A stretch of DNA of 61,049 nt from an uncultured Anaerolineales bacterium (GTDB lineage Bacteria > Chloroflexota > Anaerolineae > Anaerolineales > Villigracilaceae), in assembly GCA_903873975.1 (NCBI GenBank), contig CAIQQN010000294.1:1-61049 (forward strand), given 5' to 3'. Below are positions 40,047-47,884 of this stretch, in pieces. The notes beneath the pieces are model-generated. The model saw only the letters and a list, made by a program, of their open reading frames with translations. It searched no databases and was not told the origin of the DNA. Position 1 is the stretch's first letter; each line of letters begins with the position of its first letter. The translations under genes were made by a program, and so were the position numbers.

Positions 40047-41312
40047 TTATTTATGCAAATTCTGCGCGGCAATGAACGACAGCCCTTTCTCCGTCAACGC
40101 CCAGGCAGACTTGTTGCAGGCATCCACTTTGTCCATGAAGTTCAATCTTAGATTTTCCCAGTCACCAGACTCGATGACTTCCTTCTTATCGCGGAAGTAA
40201 TCCAAGATGTCGGAAGGGTAGGCACGGGTCTGTTCAACAGCAACATCTCCTCCTTCATGCTTGGCAGCGATGTTGGCCACGTGATCGGCAATTTCGACCA
40301 GCTCGAGACGCCGGTCATAGGGCTGGATGACGATGTTCTTCCAAGTCTCGACGATGTGATGCTCAAAACGAATCACTTTTTCAAAACCTAGCGCTTCTCG
40401 AAACTGGGCGGTCAGTTCCATGGTCTGATTGTTAATCGAGTTGGACCAGTTAAAACCGATAAGAGGGGAGGTTCCATCGTCACGGCTGAAGAGTTTGGCA
40501 GCCAGCATGATCCATAGAGCATGGTAGGGGTTATCCGAGCCGAAGAAAACCGAGATCTTAAACTGGATATCAACACCCAAACGATAGAGAAGGAAGCCAA
40601 GCAAGATGGTACCAGCGTTGAAATTGAGGACGTGCTGGACCCCGTAATTGGTGTAATAATAGAGGAACTCGTCCAGCCACATCAGGGCATGTTCGTTTGG
40701 CTGCCCAATGCCACCAAAGTAACCGGTGATTGTGGCGGGTCCACCCAGGTGCGGGTTGGAACCGTCGGTACCTTTTGTGTCGAGGGTTTCAACAAATGAC
40801 GAACCGATGATATCCAGAGCAGCCACTATGGCGGGCAGGTCTCCATCCTCCTCAGATTCCTTCATTTTACGAACAGCAATGAAGCGACCAGGGACTAGGC
40901 TACGGTCCGTGATGGCACGTTCGCACATCGGGCGGATCCATGGGAAGTATTGCAGCGCCGAGACTTCGAGCGTAACAGCGAAATCGTCAGCAAAATTCAT
41001 GGCTTTCGCCCGATCACCCAGGACTCGAGTCCGATATTCAACCACGGAGGCGAATGCGGCGCTATCACGTTGCTCCATCAGCCACTTCAAATCCTTGACA
41101 TGGCCGGGGGCGCGATCCTGGACTATCTTCATAAGATGGTCGAGTTTGCGGGATTCGCGATGCTTGCGGTTGATCTCCTCTGGTGAGCCATACTTGGCAA
41201 CGATGGCTAGAAAATCATTCATCACTTTTTCACCAGGATCGAGCAGGACAGCGTTGATGGCATCCAAGCGATCGGTGGGAATGGCGAGCAGTTTGCGCAG
41301 GTCTTTATCCAT
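40047..41312 (-). CDS. Hypothetical soluble protein (421 aa), function unknown
   Basis: Uninterrupted ORF with GGAG before the ATG and no motif I recognise. It lies between panB and the ABM/ADH pair. Confidence 0.65.
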   Translation of the reverse strand: MDKDLRKLLAIPTDRLDAINAVLLDPGEKVMNDFLAIVAKYGSPEEINRKHRESRKLDHLMKIVQDRAPGHVKDLKWLMEQRDSAAFASVVEYRTRVLGDRAKAMNFADDFAVTLEVSALQYFPWIRPMCERAITDRSLVPGRFIAVRKMKESEEDGDLPAIVAALDIIGSSFVETLDTKGTDGSNPHLGGPATITGYFGGIGQPNEHALMWLDEFLYYYTNYGVQHVLNFNAGTILLGFLLYRLGVDIQFKISVFFGSDNPYHALWIMLAAKLFSRDDGTSPLIGFNWSNSINNQTMELTAQFREALGFEKVIRFEHHIVETWKNIVIQPYDRRLELVEIADHVANIAAKHEGGDVAVEQTRAYPSDILDYFRDKKEVIESGDWENLRLNFMDKVDACNKSAWALTEKGLSFIAAQNLHK

Positions 41313-41351
41313 GATTCTCCTCGTGGGGGTAGTACAACCCAGTGGGTCCCA

Positions 41352-41376
41352 AGGTGCGGGTCATGGACCCGCACCT
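41352..41376 (-). other. Stable intercistronic hairpin between panB and the 421-aa gene
   Basis: 11-bp perfect GC-rich stem aggtgcgggtc / gacccgcacct with a 3-nt loop. No T-tract follows on the coding (-) strand. Confidence 0.5.
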
Positions 41377-41382
41377 GCAAGA

Positions 41383-42252
41383 TTAATCCAACATCTTCTT
41401 GAGTTCTTCGAACTCTTCATCCGGCATCCCAAACCAGTTTTCAGGTTGAGGGAACTGCTTGCTAATGACTTCGTCGTGATAGTTCTTCAGCCCGTTGAGG
41501 ATGACCTCCCCGGCATTGCCGTAGACCTTGGCCATCTTAGGCTTGAACTTGGGGTATAGACCGAACATGTCGTGGTAAATGAGCAGCTGTCCGTGTGCAT
41601 CCGGTCCTGAGCCGAGCGACATGATGATACAGCCTTCAGCGCGCCCGGTTATGAGTTTACACAGCCGATCGGGGACCATTTCGAGCAAGATGGCAAACGC
41701 ACCAGCCTTTTCGAGTGCTTTGGCATCATCAAGGATCTTCTTGGCCAAGAGAGCGGACTTCCCCTGAACGCGGAAACCACCCAAAGCGCTGACAGACTGC
41801 GGTGTCAGGCCAAGGTGGCCAATAGCCGGGATACCTGCCTCGACAATACCCTTGATGCGGTCAGCCATTGCTGCGCCGCCTTCCAGCTTTATAGCATCAC
41901 AACCACATTCAGCCATAAAACGACCAGCGTTGCGTATAGCCGTCTCTATCGATGGCTGGTAGGTCATATAAGGCATATCGCCAACCACGAAGGCTGTGGG
42001 AGCCCCACGCCGGACAGCCTGGGCATGGCGAACCATGTCATCCATCGTGACCGGCAATGTGCTATCGTAGCCGAGCATGGTCATGCCCAGGCTGTCGCCG
42101 ACCAAGATCATCTCGATCCCAGCCTGTTCCTGTAAATAGGCGGTCGGGTAGTCGTAACAGGTAAGCCAGGTGATGGGCTGGTTATCAGCGACTTTTTTGA
42201 AGAGATAAGGCAGTGTGATCTTCTTACGGGGTGTTGTTATTGCTTCGGGCAT
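41383..42252 (-). CDS. panB: 3-methyl-2-oxobutanoate hydroxymethyltransferase
   Basis: LTCYDYPTA, VGDSLGM, GDMPYMTY, IKLEGG and HLGLTPQS. Confidence 0.95.
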   Translation of the reverse strand: MPEAITTPRKKITLPYLFKKVADNQPITWLTCYDYPTAYLQEQAGIEMILVGDSLGMTMLGYDSTLPVTMDDMVRHAQAVRRGAPTAFVVGDMPYMTYQPSIETAIRNAGRFMAECGCDAIKLEGGAAMADRIKGIVEAGIPAIGHLGLTPQSVSALGGFRVQGKSALLAKKILDDAKALEKAGAFAILLEMVPDRLCKLITGRAEGCIIMSLGSGPDAHGQLLIYHDMFGLYPKFKPKMAKVYGNAGEVILNGLKNYHDEVISKQFPQPENWFGMPDEEFEELKKMLD

Positions 42253-42394
42253 TCTTTACTCCTTTTAGAATATGAGAAGAAAAGTATTTGTAGTATAGGA
42301 TAAAACGGATAGAGTGGCAAGTTACAAGTGACAGGTTTTTGATGATCGGTCATCAGGTAAGTGGTAAAGCGTCCTAAAGAAAATTGTGAAGTAT

Positions 42395-42417
42395 AATAGT
42401 TTCGTCAATTAACTATT
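42395..42417. promoter_or_regulatory. Inverted repeat overlapping a TATAAT box upstream of marR (candidate MarR operator)
   Basis: aatagtt (42395-42401), a 9-nt spacer, then aactatt (42411-42417). TATAAT is at 42392-42397. A second palindrome, tgatga-tcgg-tcatca, is at 42340-42355. Confidence 0.35.
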
Positions 42418-42422
42418 CACCC

Positions 42423-42890
42423 GTGCAACTATATCGAGGTAGAATGCCAAACCAAACTCTGAACCCCATCCTGATCGAAAAATTTTGGGAAAGCATCCCG
42501 CCTGTTTGGCGGCAGACGCGCAACCAGATCCGCCGTATCGCGGTGGAGAAGTTCCAGATGACCGAGGAACAGTTTCAAGTCCTGCGCCGCATCCGCAAGG
42601 GCAGCACCTCGGTCAGCGCCCTAGCAGAAGCCAGCCAGACCAGCCGCTCCGCGGTCAGCAAGACAGTGGAAGCGCTTGTACGCAGGGATCTGGTCGCCCG
42701 TGGCGAGGACCCGGATGACCGGCGCAATATCCCATTGGCGCTCACGGAAGAGGGCCAGCGTGTAATGAATACCATTTTCATCGAAGCAGAAGCATGGCTG
42801 TCTGCCCGTTTCGAGCATCTAAGCCCAGTCGAACTGGAAACCCTCCAGCAAGGCATGGAAACTCTCCGCAAAGCATTTATAAACCCTTAA
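42423..42890 (+). CDS. MarR-family transcriptional regulator
   Basis: Winged-helix pattern (FQVLRRIRKGSTSVSALAEASQTSRSAVSKTVEALVRRDLV.R..DPDDRR). GTG start at 42423, with ATG 42444 as an alternative. Confidence 0.85.
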   Translation: MQLYRGRMPNQTLNPILIEKFWESIPPVWRQTRNQIRRIAVEKFQMTEEQFQVLRRIRKGSTSVSALAEASQTSRSAVSKTVEALVRRDLVARGEDPDDRRNIPLALTEEGQRVMNTIFIEAEAWLSARFEHLSPVELETLQQGMETLRKAFINP

Positions 42891-42909
42891 TCAATTTTCA
42901 TCCCGTCGC

Positions 42910-44739
42910 ATGAAACATCTCTTCAAACTACGCGCATATCTCAAACCATACCTCTTGCAACTCATGCTCGATATGTTCCTATTATTGAGCATGACCGGTC
43001 TCTCGCTGGTAGTACCGCAAATCATACAGGGTGTGATCGACCAGGGCTTAAAAGCCGGATCAACCGCATTCCTGATCCGCTCAGCGCTGATCCTGGTTGG
43101 CATCGGAGCAGCCACGGCTGCCCTGAACCTCGGCCAGCGTTATCTGACTGAATGGATTGGAGCATACGTGGGTTATGACCTGCGCAATGCCATGTACGAC
43201 CGCATCCAGTACCTGCCATTCACCTATCACGACCATAGCACCACCGGCCAATTGATCAACCGTTGTATCGAAGACGTACGCGCCGTCCAGTCCTTCGCGG
43301 GGGATAGTCTGGTCCAAATCGTACAATTAGGCGTCCTTTCGGTTGGAGTAGTAACTATTCTGGTCGCCCGCAACCACTGGTTGGCAGTTATCGTCCTCTT
43401 GCCACTCATCCCGATGGTCATGATGACGACCGACTTTGGACAACGCATCACCCATCTATTTTACGATGTGGACAATACCCTCGGCGACCTCTCTGCCCAG
43501 TTACAGGAAAATATTTCTGGGGCTCAAGTGGTCCGTGCCTTCGCCCGCGAGTCGCACGAGGTTGACCGTTTCGACCGAATCAACCGCTCCTATTTCAAGG
43601 CGCGCATCAAAGTGCTTGGCGAATGGTCAAAGGTCATGCCCACCACCAACTTGCTCATCACCATGGGGACCATCTTGATCCTGATGGTCGGCGGTCCTTT
43701 GGTATTGCAAGGGAAGATGACTGTTGGCGAACTGGTTGCGTTCAATGCCTACCTTCTTATGCTTTCGGGTCCGGTGCAGCAGTTGGCGTGGCTGGTTAAC
43801 GCCTTGGGAGAGTCTGAAGCCGGGGCACAACGAGTTCTGGAAATCCTGGAACACGAGCCGGAGATCCAATCACCGACGAATGCCGTAGTGCTCGGGGTTC
43901 TAAGCGGCCGTGTGGAATTCCAAGGCGTTTCCCTTCGTTACCAGGATGAAAAGATCGATGCACTTTCCTGCATTGACTTGTTCGTTAAGCCGAATCAGCT
44001 CATTGCACTCATCGGTCAGACTGGCTCCGGCAAAACATCCCTTGTCAACCTGATCCCGCGCTTTTATGATGTGAGCGAGGGTGTTGTTTTGGTGGATGAT
44101 TTAGATGTACGCCAGGTCGATCTTGGATCCCTGAGGCGGCAAATTGGCATTGTACTCCAAACATCGCTGCTCTTTTCCGATACCATCCGCGAGAACATCC
44201 GTTACGGCCGATCTGAGGCCACCGACGCGGAGATTTTCACTGCAGCGAAAGCAGCCCAGGCACACGATTTCATAGTCAAGTTTGCTGAAGGTTACGAGAC
44301 AATGGTCGGCGAGCGCGGTGTGACGCTTTCCGGCGGCCAGAGACAACGAATAGCCATCGCCCGTGCCCTCCTGATGAATCCCCGCATCCTTATCTTGGAC
44401 GACTCGACCTCAAGTGTGGATACACAGACCGAAAAACTTATCCAGGAGGCACTCGACCGACTCATGGAGGGCCGCACGACGTTCGTAATCGCACACCGAC
44501 TGGCTACCATCAGGCGAGCAGATCTGATCCTGGTCATGGACAATGGACAAATTGTCCAACGCGGCCGGCATGATGAATTGCTCAAGGAAGGCGGCCTATA
44601 TAAGGAAATCTATGACCTGCAATTAAGCCAGCAAAACCGATTCTTCGAAGAGGTCGAGGAGGAAGAGGAACTCTTCGTTCGCGAACGAGAACACGAGACC
44701 ATCAAAGGCCGCCGCACATCAGACCGGTCGTTATCATAA
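42910..44739 (+). CDS. Heterodimeric ABC exporter, subunit with degenerate catalytic site (TMD-NBD half transporter)
   Basis: Six-TM exporter domain, GQTGSGKTSLVN and LSGGQRQRIAIARAL. The Walker B is ILILDDSTS, with Asp in place of the catalytic Glu. Confidence 0.9.
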   Translation: MKHLFKLRAYLKPYLLQLMLDMFLLLSMTGLSLVVPQIIQGVIDQGLKAGSTAFLIRSALILVGIGAATAALNLGQRYLTEWIGAYVGYDLRNAMYDRIQYLPFTYHDHSTTGQLINRCIEDVRAVQSFAGDSLVQIVQLGVLSVGVVTILVARNHWLAVIVLLPLIPMVMMTTDFGQRITHLFYDVDNTLGDLSAQLQENISGAQVVRAFARESHEVDRFDRINRSYFKARIKVLGEWSKVMPTTNLLITMGTILILMVGGPLVLQGKMTVGELVAFNAYLLMLSGPVQQLAWLVNALGESEAGAQRVLEILEHEPEIQSPTNAVVLGVLSGRVEFQGVSLRYQDEKIDALSCIDLFVKPNQLIALIGQTGSGKTSLVNLIPRFYDVSEGVVLVDDLDVRQVDLGSLRRQIGIVLQTSLLFSDTIRENIRYGRSEATDAEIFTAAKAAQAHDFIVKFAEGYETMVGERGVTLSGGQRQRIAIARALLMNPRILILDDSTSSVDTQTEKLIQEALDRLMEGRTTFVIAHRLATIRRADLILVMDNGQIVQRGRHDELLKEGGLYKEIYDLQLSQQNRFFEEVEEEEELFVREREHETIKGRRTSDRSLS

Positions 44740-44755
44740 TTCGAGTTAACCAACC

Positions 44756-46561
44756 ATGACTACAACTACTATCATCCCACCCGCCTTCGTTACTGAGTCC
44801 GAAGAGCTTTATGACAAGGGTGTTAACCCTCATACAGCAAAGCGGCTGATTGAATTCACCCGCCCCTATATGTGGCGGATGATCCTCTCCGCTTTGCTTA
44901 TGCTGATCGCCTCCGCTGCATCAGTTGCAGGACCGTACTTTGTAAAAATCGCCATAGACAGTGGTATCAACGGAGGTAACGCCACTATCTTGCGCTACAC
45001 TACCCTGGCCTATTTGATCGTTTCTGTAATCCAATGGGTCGGTACTTATTTCCGGGTCAATATCATGGCCTGGATCGGGCAATCCATCATCTATGACGTG
45101 CGCAAAAGACTTTTCGCACATCTACAGGAACTTTCACTCAGCTTTTACAGCCGTTACTCAGTTGGACGTGTAATCACACGAGCCATCAACGATGTGGAAA
45201 CACTGAGAGATTTTCTGACCTGGGCTGTGCTGGCCATTGCCCGGGATGTCTTTACCCTGGCTATGATCATTCTTGTAATGCTGGATATGGATGTGCGCCT
45301 GGCGCTGCTCACTTTTAGTGTTCTACCTATCATGGTGCTTATTACTATTCTCTTCCGGCGCGCTTCACGTGCTGCCTATCGTAAAGTGCGCGCTGCCGTC
45401 TCTTGGGTAAACTCTGTCCTGGCTGAAAACGTGAATGGCGTACGAGTCATCCAGGCCTTCTCCAGGCAAAAGCAGAACTATGAAAACTTCCGGGATTATG
45501 TGAACCGCTATCACCTCGGACGGGCGATTGCAACGGCCCGCATCTCGTCCGTGTTCAGCCCAAGCGTGGATTTACTTGGAGCAATTGCAACTGGCCTTAT
45601 TGTCTGGCTAGGTGGAGCTGCAGTACTTGGCGAAACCATCACTGCAGGTGTGCTGGTGGCTTTCATCCTGTATATCGAACGATTCTTCGAGCCCATCCGC
45701 GACCTGAGCCGCCGTTATGACGCACTTCAGTCCACAATGATCGGCTGGGAACGGATCATGGGGCTTATGGATACACCGGTCGAGGTCCAGGACGCTGTAC
45801 AAGCAATTGACCTGCCTGCCATCCGAGGCGAGGTGACCTTTGAACATGTTTCGTTCCATTATTCAGATGACCCAGCGCCAATTCTAATTGACATTGACCT
45901 GCATATCCACCCAGGCGAAACAGTTGCCCTTGTCGGCGAAACCGGCGCAGGGAAGACCACCATGGTCAAACTGCTCTCCCGATTCCACGACCCGACGGAT
46001 GGCCGCATCCTGGTAGACAACCATGATCTGCGAATGGTGACACAGGCTTCCCTGCGACGACAGATGGGAGTGGTATTGCAGGATCCGTTCCTGTTCAATG
46101 GGACGGTGGCGGAGAATATCCGTTTTGGGAGGCTGACTGCGACAGATACCGAGGTTGAAGTCGCAGCAAAAGCAGTTGGAGCGCACAACTTCATCGTCAA
46201 TTTGCGTAAAGGTTACGAGACATCAGTCGAGGAGGGAGGCGTGATGCTATCGGTGGGCCAGCGGCAACTACTTTCTTTTGCGCGCGCGCTCCTGGCTGAC
46301 CCGCGCATTCTCATCCTCGACGAAGCCACTTCGTCGGTGGATACACAGACCGAGCAGGTTATTCAAAAAGCCCTGGCGCGGCTACTGAAAGGACGGACCT
46401 CCTTTGTCATCGCGCACCGCCTGTCAACCATCATGCACTCGGACCGGATCGTGGTAATTCATGATGGGAAAATCGTGGAGCAAGGTACTCATACCGAGCT
46501 GCTTGTGAAGCAGGGGATGTATTACGAACTTTATCGAACAGGATTTCAGGAAAAAGAATAG
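44756..46561 (+). CDS. Heterodimeric ABC exporter, consensus-site subunit
   Basis: GETGAGKTTMVK, a degenerate signature LSVGQRQLLSFARAL, and Walker B ILILDEATS with the catalytic Glu present. Confidence 0.9.
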   Translation: MTTTTIIPPAFVTESEELYDKGVNPHTAKRLIEFTRPYMWRMILSALLMLIASAASVAGPYFVKIAIDSGINGGNATILRYTTLAYLIVSVIQWVGTYFRVNIMAWIGQSIIYDVRKRLFAHLQELSLSFYSRYSVGRVITRAINDVETLRDFLTWAVLAIARDVFTLAMIILVMLDMDVRLALLTFSVLPIMVLITILFRRASRAAYRKVRAAVSWVNSVLAENVNGVRVIQAFSRQKQNYENFRDYVNRYHLGRAIATARISSVFSPSVDLLGAIATGLIVWLGGAAVLGETITAGVLVAFILYIERFFEPIRDLSRRYDALQSTMIGWERIMGLMDTPVEVQDAVQAIDLPAIRGEVTFEHVSFHYSDDPAPILIDIDLHIHPGETVALVGETGAGKTTMVKLLSRFHDPTDGRILVDNHDLRMVTQASLRRQMGVVLQDPFLFNGTVAENIRFGRLTATDTEVEVAAKAVGAHNFIVNLRKGYETSVEEGGVMLSVGQRQLLSFARALLADPRILILDEATSSVDTQTEQVIQKALARLLKGRTSFVIAHRLSTIMHSDRIVVIHDGKIVEQGTHTELLVKQGMYYELYRTGFQEKE

Positions 46562-46717
46562 AGCGGTCGCTTTGACCACTCGATCAGCAGCTGACCTATT
46601 CCCAGAAAAGTCAACTCAATATATACTATCCGCGCTATGTTCTGGCGGCTGCATCAGCCCGGTTTATAAGATGGTCTTTTCTTTTCATTGTGTATGTTCT
46701 CTGAAAAAGGAGAGATT

Positions 46718-46933
46718 ATGGCACAAACCTTTAATTGTACAGGTTGCGGCGCAATACTGGAATATCATGGGGAGCCTGAGCACACAATGCTCTGCCAATA
46801 TTGCAGCACCAACTTGCATGTTCCTGAAGAATACTTGCAGGAGGCTGAATTAAAACAAACGATGAACAAATGGGGGAAGTATTTGATTATTTTCTGGTTA
46901 TCACCGTTGGGATCCCCACCTGCCTTGGACTAA
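46718..46933 (+). CDS. Small zinc-ribbon protein (possibly the N-terminal part of a frameshifted gene)
   Basis: AGGAG 5 nt before the ATG. It reads MAQTFNCTGCGAILEYHG..MLCQYCSTNLHVP (CxxC..CxxC), but the tail after NKW looks non-native. Confidence 0.5.
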   Translation: MAQTFNCTGCGAILEYHGEPEHTMLCQYCSTNLHVPEEYLQEAELKQTMNKWGKYLIIFWLSPLGSPPALD

Positions 46934-47028
46934 TTGGTACGATTTTAGGTACCTGGATTGGATTGCTTGGTGCGCTTCTCGGTATCGGCGGGCCATTTTT
47001 CGGGATCATTGCTAGGTTCCTGACCTAG
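46870..47028 (+). CDS. 52-aa two-TM ORF overlapping the zinc-ribbon ORF in another frame
   Basis: MGEVFDYFLVITVGIPTCLGLIGTILGTWIGLLGALLGIGGPFFGIIARFLT. It is below the ORF-track cutoff and begins at the G5 run (46872-46876). Confidence 0.4.
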   Translation: MGEVFDYFLVITVGIPTCLGLIGTILGTWIGLLGALLGIGGPFFGIIARFLT

Positions 47029-47070
47029 ATCTTTGCTCACTAACTCAGATACAGGACTGAAAACTCAAGG

Positions 47071-47760
47071 TTGAAGAATAGAATGGAGAATAACCACAAA
47101 CTTTGGAATGAACAACAGCGAGCATTACGCATTGCGCTTGGTCGAACGGAGCAGTCTAATAAATCGATTGAGTTGTTTCTAACCCAACATGCAATGGTCC
47201 ATGCAGCGGATATGTCGGGCATGGAACAATGGTCATTTGAAGGTGAAATTTGGGAAAACCTGGACAATGAAACTGCACGCCATATCCCCCCTAAGTTCGA
47301 TCATTCCATTGTATGGTGCTTCTGGCACGCAACCCGTTGCGAAGATATCACAATGAACATGCTCATCGCTGGAGCCTCGCAACTTTTACTTCGGGACAAT
47401 TGGCAGAAGCAGTTGAATGTCGCCGCGCGTGATACCGGCAATGCCATGGATGCAGGTGAAATGGTTGATTTCAACGCCTGGATTGACATCCCGGCGCTAA
47501 GGGCTTATCGCCTGTCGGTTGGCCAATGTACACGCGAGATTGTCAAGACTTTACAACCGGGTGAATTCAAGTGCAAGGTCGACCCGGTTCGCCTGCAACA
47601 AGTGCTGGCTGAGGAGGCAGTACTCGCCTCGCAGCAATGGCTGATTGATTACTAGGGCAGGTTGACGGTAGCTGGCCTGCTGCTAATGCCCCTTACACGG
47701 CACAGCCTCGTCCATTTGAACGAGGCGATGAAAATCAAACTAAGGTACTTTCGGAATTGA
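47071..47760 (+). pseudogene. DinB_2-like metal-dependent protein with an in-frame TAG
   Basis: SIVWCFWHATRCEDITMN matches the DinB_2 helix. A TAG at 47653-47655 follows LIDY. The same frame then continues as GRLTVAGLLLMPLTRHSLVHLNEAMKIK, carrying the C-terminal HxxxH, to TGA 47758-47760. Confidence 0.6.
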
Positions 47761-47884
47761 TTCATGTGCATGAAATTGGTTTTTGTTGTACACTTAAGAA
47801 GAGACAGAAAAGTATACGATTTGGCAGTACTGCACTAACACAGGATAACCATTCTTTTGGCAGATCCTAAATAGGAGAATTTAT

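Noticed and set aside
40726-41559. Long antisense ORFs. This 277-aa ORF is one; others are 56424-57308 (+), 59319-60071 (+), 35973-36611 (-), 20067-20705 (-), 6216-6797 (+) and 58481-59212 (+).
   Set aside because: Each lies opposite a gene with clear family motifs. Each has an Arg/Ser/Pro-rich, low-complexity composition typical of shadow frames, and none has a convincing SD or recognisable domain.
47800-47880. A sigma-54 promoter upstream of the FHA-ABC gene, suggested by two TTGGCA strings.
   Set aside because: The spacing to the nearest TGC is wrong for the GG-N10-GC (-24/-12) geometry.
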